A DNA stretch of 64,000 nt from the NCBI GenBank assembly GCA_902462295.1, contig CABQAZ010000001.1, forward strand, positions 12,215-76,214. The letters run 5' to 3'. A program made the translations under genes and the position numbers. This DNA is from an uncultured Clostridium sp. Lineage in GTDB: Bacteria > Bacillota > Clostridia > TANB77 > CAG-508. The notes under the pieces were generated by a model. The model was not told where the DNA came from. It searched no databases and saw nothing but the letters and a program-made list of their open reading frames with translations. Positions 1-8,215 of this stretch are shown here, in pieces (positions within the stretch are counted from its first letter, which is position 1; each line of letters starts with the position of its first letter).

Positions 1-747
1 TGTAACACTATCAATTTTGCCACGACCTACAGTGTGCCTAATCGTTAATGTTTTAGATTTGAAATCAATAGCATTCCATTTAATACCTATGACTTCTTCA
101 CGCCTTAATCCATATACACCCGCAATTATTACTGGTAATTCAATAGTTGTATTTTTTATAATTTCCATTAAATTTAATAACTCATCTTGTGTATAATAAT
201 CAGCTGTATATTCTTTAGTTTTAATTGTTTCTAGTTTAGTAGCAGGATTACTATCTATTATTTCTGTAATAACAGCACTTTTTAGAGCTTTACTAATATT
301 TGCTCTATAATGTTTTACTGTATTTCCAGATAGACCTTCAGCAAATAGTAAATCAAAAAAGTCTTGAATGTGTTTAGGTTTTAAATCGACTAATTTAATT
401 TTTTTAGCTTTAAAGTATTTATATAATCTACCTTTAATAACTTGCTCATAACCTATATATGTTGTTTGTTCGACTTTTCCTTTTTGCTTTTCTAGCCATT
501 CTAACATATAATCACAAAATAAAATATTTTTATATTTATCATATATGTTTGGATCTCTTAATTTTATTTTAGATTTTTGCTCATATTCAATTTTAAATTG
601 TTCTAGTTTTTCTTCAGCTTTTTTCTTATTTCCTTTTATAGTATAACCAGTTGGAATCCATTTGGGTTTTCTTTTTCCATAGTCATCATATAAATTTAAA
701 ACTGCATAATACAGTCCTTTCTTTTTTTGTAAGCTACCTGTTATCAT
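1..747 (-). CDS. int: Tyrosine site-specific integrase, Tn916-Int-like; N-terminal 249 aa only, C-terminus runs off the window start
   Basis: Not in the ORF track because it is truncated at the window edge. Minus-strand ATG at 747 follows RBS GGAAAGGAGA. Translation reads MITGSLQKKKGLYYAVLNLYDDYGKRKPKW...GVYGLRREEVIGIKWNAIDF. It shows an N-terminal core-binding domain and the first catalytic Arg region of phage-integrase-family recombinases. Confidence 0.75.
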   Translation of the reverse strand, partial: MITGSLQKKKGLYYAVLNLYDDYGKRKPKWIPTGYTIKGNKKKAEEKLEQFKIEYEQKSKIKLRDPNIYDKYKNILFCDYMLEWLEKQKGKVEQTTYIGYEQVIKGRLYKYFKAKKIKLVDLKPKHIQDFFDLLFAEGLSGNTVKHYRANISKALKSAVITEIIDSNPATKLETIKTKEYTADYYTQDELLNLMEIIKNTTIELPVIIAGVYGLRREEVIGIKWNAIDFKSKTLTIRHTVGRGKIDSVT

Positions 748-828
748 TTTTCTCCTTTCCGTTGTAACAGTTTATATTTAACTTATCATTGATATTTTGT
801 TTATTATACCATGATAATCAAAAAAATC

Positions 829-1038
829 CTACTGTTCTGTCATTACATATTTGATAACATTAACTTTAGGAATTTTATATTCTCTGCCAACTTTTTTACT
901 TTTTATTTTCTTTTCTCTTAACATACGATACGCAAGAGAGTTACTAATTCCACCTAGCATTTTTCTCATTTGTGTAAGATTTACAATGTCTGGGTAGTCT
1001 GTAAACATTAAAGTATAAGATTCTTTCATATCAGCCAT
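829..1038 (-). CDS. xis: Excisionase-like small HTH DNA-binding protein (Xis family)
   Basis: 69-aa ORF immediately upstream of int. RBS AAAGGAGGTG lies 6 nt before ATG at 1038. The protein is small, basic and has an HTH, typical of Tn916-type Xis. Confidence 0.5.
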   Translation of the reverse strand: MADMKESYTLMFTDYPDIVNLTQMRKMLGGISNSLAYRMLREKKIKSKKVGREYKIPKVNVIKYVMTEQ

Positions 1039-1096
1039 ATTTAGCACCTCCTTTAAGATTTAAAATAAAAAAAGACCTATTTATCAATAGGACTAA

Positions 1097-1570
1097 TTAA
1101 ATACTATAACAATATCTTTTCTTGTATTTTTGTGTTGGTATTTTAATATTCATATTTATTGATTTAGGAACATCACTACCAACTTTTAATTTTCTATCTA
1201 TAACTAGATTGCCTTTACTATTTCTATGATATGCACTTGAATTCCATTTTCTATAAGCTAAATCACTTATTTCAAAAGAATAAGATAATTCTTTACTTGC
1301 TTCAATATGTTGTTGTTTAACAAATTCATATAATTGTTTATCCGATTCACTTTGTCTTTTGTTTCTAATCCAGTCTCTTTTTGCAATTTTACGATTTTCT
1401 CTACTTATTTGAGCTCTATATTCTTTTTCCTGAATATATCTTGTATCGTTTTTGATTATCTTTGTTATATAAGATGGATTAACATTCAATTCTTTTGCAA
1501 TATTAGTTGGTTTATCATGTTCATTATAATACTTATCTAGTATATAGTTCTTGTTATCTATATTAATCAC
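1097..1570 (-). CDS. Helix-turn-helix DNA-binding protein, putative element regulator
   Basis: 157-aa ORF with the HTH-like segment PTNIAKELNVNPSYITKIIK. It lies in the same operon orientation as xis and int. The GTG start is uncertain. Confidence 0.4.
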   Translation of the reverse strand: MINIDNKNYILDKYYNEHDKPTNIAKELNVNPSYITKIIKNDTRYIQEKEYRAQISRENRKIAKRDWIRNKRQSESDKQLYEFVKQQHIEASKELSYSFEISDLAYRKWNSSAYHRNSKGNLVIDRKLKVGSDVPKSINMNIKIPTQKYKKRYCYSI

Positions 1571-1765
1571 AACCTTTCAAATAATTTGGTAAAATTTGTG
1601 TCTACATATTTTTTATACAAGTATAGAACTTGACATTTTATATTAATTGTTGTAATATATTATTATATTTCAACTATTAATATTTGATATTATTATAAAG
1701 TAATAATTGTAATATGTCAATATATTACAATAAAAATTTTGAAAAATTTTAAGGAGAATAAAGTA

Positions 1766-2677
1766 ATGGAATTTAATTTTAAAAGTAACAGTGCATATTC
1801 ATATATGAGATATGGTGGATATCAAGGAAAATATAAAGGAAAAGAATACTATATGGTTCCCAACCCAGAGGCTAGTATAAATATTAGGGATTTATATGAT
1901 ATGTTCAGTAAAATAGATTCAATATTGGTGGATTTATTAAATATAGGAAGAATATGTATAGATTCAGAAGATGATCAGACTAAGTTTACTTGTGCATATT
2001 TCTTTGTAGAGCAATATGGTTTACTAGGTTTTATGGTTGAAGCACCAATTAATGCAGATTTTCTATTAAATGAAGAGGTAACATTAAAAGAAAATAATTT
2101 TATTAATAAAAATTGTGTAATGAGAACAAAAGAATATTTTGATTTGTTTTTCCCATTCACAAAAGATAATGAAATGAATTATACAGTAACAAAGGGTAAA
2201 GTGAAGCTAGAAACAAATTCTGATTTGCAAAGAATGCTAAATCGTACATCTCTTAACAATCAATTAATTTATTCTAGTTTCTATTGTGAAAAAATAGATT
2301 GGATAATTGAATATGCAAAAAAAATGTATAAAACATTCAAAAAATATGTAGATTTAGCAAATAATAGTATAAATGATTATGATGAATATAGAGCAAGAGA
2401 AACTATAAATGATTATTACTTTTCTGGAATACCATATAAAATAAACATGTATGGAAATACACCAGAAATCTCTTGGCAACCTAATTGTTTAAAACAAGCA
2501 ATAGATATGGCTTTTGGATTTATGCTTTGCAGTGAAAAAAATCCTTTAAAAATTTGCAAACATTGTGGTAAAGTATTTTATGCCAAAAACCCTAAAGCTG
2601 AATATGATAGTAGTCAATGTAGAAACCAAGCAAATGTATATAAAAGTAGAAACAAAAATAAAGATGATAAAAAATAA
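1766..2677 (+). CDS. Hypothetical protein with a C-terminal CxxC...C zinc-ribbon and a basic tail
   Basis: Long ORF. RBS AAGGAGAA precedes ATG at 1766. C-terminal sequence CKHCGKVFYAKNPKAEYDSSQCRNQ. No family recognised. Confidence 0.5.
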   Translation: MEFNFKSNSAYSYMRYGGYQGKYKGKEYYMVPNPEASINIRDLYDMFSKIDSILVDLLNIGRICIDSEDDQTKFTCAYFFVEQYGLLGFMVEAPINADFLLNEEVTLKENNFINKNCVMRTKEYFDLFFPFTKDNEMNYTVTKGKVKLETNSDLQRMLNRTSLNNQLIYSSFYCEKIDWIIEYAKKMYKTFKKYVDLANNSINDYDEYRARETINDYYFSGIPYKINMYGNTPEISWQPNCLKQAIDMAFGFMLCSEKNPLKICKHCGKVFYAKNPKAEYDSSQCRNQANVYKSRNKNKDDKK

Positions 2678-2777
2678 TTGTTGAAATTGTATAAAAAACA
2701 TTGTTTTTGCATTAAAAATAAAGTATAATGAGGCTATCCTTTTCCAAAGGAAATCTTTGAGAAAGGAGGTGAACATC

Positions 2778-2867
2778 TTGAGTTCATTCGATTTAATTTG
2801 GCGATTAATTGTTTTATTATTACTTAGTAATAATAAAGATGATGAAAACCAAAATTCTCAAGATTAG
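2778..2867 (+). CDS. Small Fst/Ldr-like type I toxin candidate (29 aa, TTG start)
   Basis: Strong RBS GAAAGGAGGTGA lies 7 nt before TTG. Upstream there is a TTGTTT-17-TATAAT promoter. The peptide (M)SSFDLIWRLIVLLLLSNNKDDENQNSQD has a hydrophobic helix followed by an acidic tail. Two hairpins follow it (2882..2912 and 2923..2945). Confidence 0.35.
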   Translation: MSSFDLIWRLIVLLLLSNNKDDENQNSQD

Positions 2868-2881
2868 TACAAACTAATCAA

Positions 2882-2912
2882 AGGCAGTCTGGTCAACTGC
2901 CTTTATTTTTTG
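2882..2912 (+). terminator. Rho-independent terminator hairpin plus T-run
   Basis: aaaggcagtctggtcaactgccttt followed by atttttt. Confidence 0.6.
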
Positions 2913-3249
2913 GCAAAAAAATGAGATATGTGGTCAACATATCTCTGTGAACATTCGAGTTCTTCGATTTATTCTCTTGCTTAAGCTAAATATAGTATAC
3001 TATATTTTTTATTATATGTCAAATGTTTTTTGAATATTCATTTTTTTTAATTTACTTTTATAATTTATTAAAATAATTTCTATTCGCAATATATCATAAA
3101 ATAAGTAAAAATACTAGCATTTTACATAAAAATGTGATAAAATAGTAATCAAGTGCTAGTAAATACTAGTTTTAAATTTTTATACTCCTGTTTTACAGGT
3201 TGATATATAGGCAGTTAATACAAAATAAATATTTTAAGGAGGAAGCTTT

Positions 3250-3909
3250 ATGGAAGAAAAATTAAAAAATTCAATGAGATTTTATATGTTAGCCACACAG
3301 CTTAAATATAAGATAAGAAGTGGCTGGGATAAATCACATTGGAATGTGAGTAAAGATCGGGTAGAAAGCATTGCGGAACATGTTTATGGGACTTGCATTT
3401 TAGCTTTAAGTATTGATTCTGAATTTAAAACAAATTTAGACATCAATAAAGTTATAAAAATGCTGGTTCTTCATGAATTGGGAGAAGTTATTATTGGTGA
3501 TATTACACCATTTGACAACATAACTCCTGAAGAAAAAATGAAAAAAGAACATGAAGCAATGAGAGAAGTTATTGGCGACTTGGTTAATCAGGAGGAGTTT
3601 CTTTCATTACTATTTGAATTTGATGAAAAGAAGACCAAAGAAGCAGTTTTTGCTCATCATTGTGATAAATTGGAAGCAGATATACAAGCTAAAGTTTATC
3701 AAGATATGGGATGTCAGCATCAGTTAGATGAGCAAGAAGATAATGTGGTTTTCAAGAGCAATAAAGTTCAACAGATGGTAAAAGATGGGGCTCAAACTGC
3801 ATTTGATATTTGGTATGAATGGGATAAATCATTGTACTATGATGACGAAGATTTTGCCAGACTTCTTGATTATGTGAGAACAATCAATACTCAAGAACTT
3901 TTAAAGTAA
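3250..3909 (+). CDS. HD-domain phosphohydrolase, YfbR-like 5'-deoxynucleotidase family
   Basis: Motifs SIAEHVYGTC and LVLHELGEVIIGDITP (H...HD...D) are characteristic of YfbR/HDDC2-type HD nucleotidases. Confidence 0.7.
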   Translation: MEEKLKNSMRFYMLATQLKYKIRSGWDKSHWNVSKDRVESIAEHVYGTCILALSIDSEFKTNLDINKVIKMLVLHELGEVIIGDITPFDNITPEEKMKKEHEAMREVIGDLVNQEEFLSLLFEFDEKKTKEAVFAHHCDKLEADIQAKVYQDMGCQHQLDEQEDNVVFKSNKVQQMVKDGAQTAFDIWYEWDKSLYYDDEDFARLLDYVRTINTQELLK

Positions 3910-3942
3910 CTCGTAAACTAATTAGTTAAGGAGGTATACACA

Positions 3943-4404
3943 ATGGAAATGAAAACTTTAAATTTGGACTCGGTAAAGGAAATTCGGGATTTAGCCAGAA
4001 GAAAGGACAGAGATTTTTTTAACTTTGTTGATGAACTTGAAAAGATTTTAAAAACTCAAAAGCCTGGAGAATGGTTTAAAAGACCGATAGATGTATGTGA
4101 TGTAACTTTAGATGAAGTATGGGAACAAAAGTTAGGTACTATTAAGTATCGTAAAACAATACATACATTTTCATGTATGTATGTTCCTAACCAGGGAGTT
4201 GCAATAAGAGAACATGGGCATAATCAGCTTGTGCATACAGATCACAATGGAGATATAAAGAAAACAAGAGAATTATATATTTTCTATGTACCGTCTTCAT
4301 TAGTAGAAATGAAATTCTGTAGTAAGGATGAAACTCATCAATTATGCAACAATTATGGTTGTCCAGTATATGTTATATCTGCAAAGGTAACAGGTAGAGG
4401 TTAA
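3943..4404 (+). CDS. Hypothetical protein, co-operonic with the HD nucleotidase
   Basis: 153-aa ORF 33 nt downstream of the HD gene. RBS AAGGAGG. No recognised motif. Confidence 0.5.
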   Translation: MEMKTLNLDSVKEIRDLARRKDRDFFNFVDELEKILKTQKPGEWFKRPIDVCDVTLDEVWEQKLGTIKYRKTIHTFSCMYVPNQGVAIREHGHNQLVHTDHNGDIKKTRELYIFYVPSSLVEMKFCSKDETHQLCNNYGCPVYVISAKVTGRG

Positions 4405-4464
4405 AGTTTTATCATTTGCATTATAAGTAATAAGAGGGTTAGTTTAGGCTAATTCTCTTATTCC

Positions 4465-5712
4465 TTATATTTCTAAATTCCATTCTTTTTCTCTTTCTTC
4501 GTGTTTAAGTTGTTTTTCTGGATTAATAAAAGTGTGAGTTTCATCTTCGAATTTTTTTACTAATTCTTTTGATTCTCCAATACCAAATTTGTGACAAATC
4601 CAAACTATAAATTTATCAACTGTTTCATAAAATTTATCAATAATTTCGTGTAAATGGTTATTTTCTTTTTCCAATGACCTAATTTTATTTTTGTATTTAT
4701 ATTCAATATCAAATTCTTTATTTTTAAATTCATCCTCTAAATCTCTTTTTCTATTATTAAATTCCATATCAAGAGAATTATTCTTTTTCTTATATTCATG
4801 TTCTAAATGTTCTACAGTATTGTGTAATTCTTTATTATCAGCAAGTATTTTATCTCTTTCCTTTTGGTATTTTTCAGCCTCATTAATAACTTTAGACTGT
4901 TTAGATAATTCCTTATGCAATGAAAGATTATCTTTGTATAATTCTTTAATTAACTCATCTTTAGGTTTTATAATTTCTTCTAGTATTTTTTCATCTCTTT
5001 TTAATGAAAATTTACTAATATCGGTTATCTCAGGAACATCTGGTAATTCTAATTTTATTTCATTCAAAACCTTTTTAGTATTTTCATAATTAGTAATTTG
5101 TTTATATTCTTCAACAGTATAATGTTTTCTGTGAGTATCTTCTACAAACATACCTCTTTCTAAATCAAAGCCTTTTGATTTTACATGATTAAAGTAGGCA
5201 TCTTGTAATTTTCTGTAACTATCTCGACCTTTCCAAAAATCTCTTGCACAAATTTTATCAACATTGTTACCTTCTTTATCTTTTGTGTGAACAACAGGAA
5301 CAAGCATTAAGTGCATATGTGGTGCTCCTTCATCTAAATGCACAACTGCTGATATTATATTTTTTTCTCCTAGACTTTTATAATTGCAGATAAATTTATA
5401 ACATTCATCAAAATATCGTTTTGTTTTTTTTTCTCCAATTTTGTCAAAAAATACTTGGTCAGAAGTAAACATCATTTGACACATTATTATACTGTTACTA
5501 CGAAGATGTCCTTGTACATTATTTTCTTTTAAATACTTATCAAATTCTTTTGTATATGTTAGCTCATTTTTCTTAATGTAATAATTCAAATGTGTTTTTG
5601 TTGGATCAATATCTTTATTAGTATGATTTTTTGCTTTTCTATCATTGTGAGTTCCTTTTCCGTTTATTTCTGCTCGTGTTAATTTTTCATTTCTTACGAT
5701 AGCGTAACTCAT
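4465..5712 (-). CDS. mob: MobV-family (Mob_Pre / MobM-like) relaxase
   Basis: MSYAIVRNEKLTRAEINGKGTHNDRK...HLDEGAPHMHLMLVPV matches the N-terminal relaxase motifs of pMV158 MobM-type proteins. The C-terminus is a coiled-coil. The probable start is the internal ATG at 5712 (RBS GAAGGAGGTG) rather than the track start at 5772. Confidence 0.8.
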   Translation of the reverse strand: MSYAIVRNEKLTRAEINGKGTHNDRKAKNHTNKDIDPTKTHLNYYIKKNELTYTKEFDKYLKENNVQGHLRSNSIIMCQMMFTSDQVFFDKIGEKKTKRYFDECYKFICNYKSLGEKNIISAVVHLDEGAPHMHLMLVPVVHTKDKEGNNVDKICARDFWKGRDSYRKLQDAYFNHVKSKGFDLERGMFVEDTHRKHYTVEEYKQITNYENTKKVLNEIKLELPDVPEITDISKFSLKRDEKILEEIIKPKDELIKELYKDNLSLHKELSKQSKVINEAEKYQKERDKILADNKELHNTVEHLEHEYKKKNNSLDMEFNNRKRDLEDEFKNKEFDIEYKYKNKIRSLEKENNHLHEIIDKFYETVDKFIVWICHKFGIGESKELVKKFEDETHTFINPEKQLKHEEREKEWNLEI

Positions 5713-5754
5713 ATCTCCATGCACCTCCTTCTTCGCTTGAGATATTGTTTCAAT

Positions 5755-5792
5755 GTCTAACACACTAGACAAACAAAGTTTGTCTGTGTGGC
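5755..5792 (-). promoter_or_regulatory. Candidate oriT: inverted repeats with a GTGTG/TT nick-like motif
   Basis: Lies immediately upstream of mob. The minus strand reads gacaaacTTTgtttgtc then gtctaGTGTGttagac. TAGTGTGTTA resembles the pMV158 MobM nick region (TAGTGTG/TTA) within a hairpin loop. Confidence 0.5.
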
Positions 5793-6342
5793 AGGGTTAC
5801 TTAACCCCACACCCCAAAACCCAAAATTGCCTACCTGCATTTTTAGGTTTTTTCATAAAAATTTGCTTGTCGCAATTTTTATGAATGTGAGCAAAAAAAT
5901 AAATTTTTTACTCACAACAAAAAAGCACTTATGCTTTTTTGGATTCACTTTAGCAACTACAAAGCAGAAACCAGAGGGAGAGAGCTAAAGTGAATTAGGT
6001 GTAATAATCCCATTCATGAAAAATAGAATTATTACACCTATATAAGTTGAAACCGTCGGTCGTTCGCCTCGTTTCATAGGTAGTCTAGTAAGTAGCTTTT
6101 GCCACTATAATTGCTGATACAGTTAAGTATCTTTGTTCATACTTGCCCAAACTTTTTACAATTACAAATCCATTTCAAGTTTTGCCACCGAATACTCTTT
6201 TATTATTGTGAGTCTGTGTTCCAAAATCTCACTCACGCACTTTGTATAATTAGACTGCTTATACAAATACGAATGAACTTTATAGCATCGGCTCATCACA
6301 CCAAACACTTTTTAAGAGGTGTTGCATTTCTCTTTTGCACGA

Positions 6343-6385
6343 CAAAAAAGCCCGTTTGTAGATTTTTATTCTACAAACGGACTTT
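6343..6385 (-). terminator. Rho-independent terminator after the TIR gene
   Basis: Minus strand reads ccgtttgtagaataaaaatctacaaacgg followed by gcttttttg. Confidence 0.6.
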
Positions 6386-6435
6386 ATCGTAATCTTATAT
6401 TTTTTATTTTTTTACAATTCACTTAAAATTAATTT

Positions 6436-6846
6436 TTATATTGAATAATTACGGATTGCTTCTACAATAGAATCAGTATTCCAATTAACTATTGTATCAG
6501 CAACATTTGATAGTTCTTGTGGCATTCTTTCTGCACATCTAGGTCTAATTGCTATAATAGGCTTGTTATAATATTGTGCAATTTCAATCTCTTTTTGAAT
6601 CCACTTTCTATAATCTACATACATACCAGCCAATACAATAACTACATTTACAGGTTTTATTTGTCTGTATAGAGCTTCTTCTAATTGAGTATTAGTTTTA
6701 GTATTTAAAGCATCATGTTCTGGAACACTATAATTTCTAAAATAGAAATTAGGATATTCTTGTAATTTTTCAACTAGAGAATAATATTCACTATTGTAGT
6801 CCCAAGAATGGCTAATAAATAAATCATAAGTTTTTAAACTTGGCAT
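6436..6846 (-). CDS. ThsB-like TIR-like domain protein (DUF1863 family)
   Basis: Start MPSLK at 6846 follows RBS AGGAGG. YDLFISHSWDY...NVVIVLAGMYVDYRKWIQKEIEIAQYYNKPIIAIRP matches the FxSxxxxD ... vLxG...s.W...EI......KPII pattern of Thoeris ThsB / DUF1863 TIR-like proteins. Confidence 0.55.
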   Translation of the reverse strand: MPSLKTYDLFISHSWDYNSEYYSLVEKLQEYPNFYFRNYSVPEHDALNTKTNTQLEEALYRQIKPVNVVIVLAGMYVDYRKWIQKEIEIAQYYNKPIIAIRPRCAERMPQELSNVADTIVNWNTDSIVEAIRNYSI

Positions 6847-6866
6847 AATTAATCCTCCTTTCATTG

Positions 6867-7352
6867 TCATTTAATAGTTATAATAATTTGAACTTTACTA
6901 ACTAAAAAATATATTATAATTGAAATATAAGAAATTATAAAAATAAATGGTAAAAACATTTCCAATTTACTTACTGGTATATATTTTTTATTAAATTTTG
7001 TTTTAGTCAGAATGTTCCATTCCATTTTGTATAAGTTAATTGGCAAATATTTTTCTACTTCTTGTATGATATGAAATTTACAACTGTTAATTTGTTTATA
7101 ATTTTTTAAGTTTAAGAACCACAAAGTAGAAAAAATAATACCTAAAAGTGCTAAAAGCAATAATAAAGATGTATTAGAAAAAAATATAGTCATTATTGTT
7201 ATTAATGCTGAATTTAATGTTATAAAAAATGTATTTACATTTATTCTTCTATCACTTATTTTATCAGCAGATTCTATATAAGTTTTATATTGTTCTAATA
7301 AATTATTTTTATCTGTATCATTTGTGAGATTGTTTTTGTTAATTAATTTCAT
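6867..7352 (-). CDS. Small multi-pass membrane protein, operon partner of the TIR-like protein
   Basis: 161 aa. N-terminal roughly 45-aa soluble segment, then two TM helices (TFFITLNSALITIMTIFF and LLLLLALLGIIFSTLWFL), a roughly 50-aa loop and a C-terminal TM. Its stop lies 18 nt upstream of the TIR start. RBS GGAGG. Confidence 0.55.
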   Translation of the reverse strand: MKLINKNNLTNDTDKNNLLEQYKTYIESADKISDRRINVNTFFITLNSALITIMTIFFSNTSLLLLLALLGIIFSTLWFLNLKNYKQINSCKFHIIQEVEKYLPINLYKMEWNILTKTKFNKKYIPVSKLEMFLPFIFIISYISIIIYFLVSKVQIIITIK

Positions 7353-7643
7353 ATGTATTTAATCCTCCACACAAAGATTATACCACAAAATGACAGAAAT
7401 TCAAGAAAATTAACAAAATTTGTAAGTTACAAAATGTCAATGATAAGTTATACTGTTATTCTATCAAAAGTTCTAACATAGTTCTAACACTTAATTCAAA
7501 ATTTTAGAAAAGGACTTTTTGGATTGTTATTGCATATTTAACAATACTTGTGCTATAATCTCCTACAGAGAAGCTAAATAGGCCAATTATCAAAAGAGAT
7601 TAATTGATGTTATCTAATGTTAAAAAACAGATGGCGTAAAATT

Positions 7644-7699
7644 CTTAAAATCCTGCGGTTGAATAAACCGTGCCGGTTCGATTCCGGCCATCTGCACCA
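7644..7699 (+). other. 3' fragment of class-II tRNA-Leu(TAA): anticodon loop through CCA only; putative att site repeat
   Basis: cttaaaaTCCTG cggttgaataaaccg t GCCGGttcgattCCGGC catctgc a CCA. This matches tRNA-Leu from the anticodon loop (TAA), through the long variable arm and T-arm, to the acceptor 3' strand. No D-arm, 5' acceptor strand or anticodon 5' stem lies upstream. Confidence 0.6.
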
Positions 7700-8215
7700 T
7701 AGCATATCTGTTCGAACAAATAGAACAGAGAGATACAAAAATTAATCAGAAACTAGAATTTGAGAAATGTCTAAAACAAAGGCTAGAGTTTATATGTGAG
7801 TTTTCAAAAGTTAATCTAACTTTTATCAATGGTAGCATTAGAAAATTAGAAAAAACTAATCTTACATATATAGAGCCACATAGAATAATTATTAAGAATA
7901 TTACTTTTTAGTATTTAATTATTCTAAAGAAATTACTCACTTAATCAAACTACAAAAAAAGCAGGAGTTAAAAATTTTGATAGATTTCATAATAGTGGAT
8001 ATAAGGGACTATATAATGGAGAAACCGCTGATGACGTTGCAAAAAGAAAAGGCTTAAGATATAGAAAAGATATTTTGGATAATATGGGAAGTGATGAACT
8101 TATTGCAAATTTATTTAGAACTTCCCAAATAGATAAAAATTTTTTTGATTTTACTAGATTAATTATACTTAATATGGTAGAATATGATTATAAATAAATA
8201 AAAGGAAAACAGAAT

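Larger units (their letters stand above)
1..7699. mobile_element. Putative integrative mobilizable element (IME) inserted at the 3' end of a tRNA-Leu gene; the left end lies outside the window
   Basis: Contiguous block carrying an integrase (1..747), an Xis-like gene, an HTH regulator, a MobV relaxase, an oriT-like inverted repeat and accessory cargo. The block ends at a tRNA-Leu 3' fragment (7644..7699) that has no 5' half. Confidence 0.6.

Noticed and set aside
5788-6392. Track ORFs 5788..5988 (+) and 6111..6392 (+).
   Set aside because: Neither has an RBS. Both overlap the oriT hairpins, other hairpins and a terminator. The region reads as structured non-coding DNA.
7621-7699. Possibility that this is a complete tRNA gene.
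   Set aside because: Only the anticodon loop, variable arm, T-arm and 3' acceptor strand can be fitted. There is no D-arm or pairing 5' acceptor strand. It is interpreted as a 3' tRNA-Leu fragment (att repeat).
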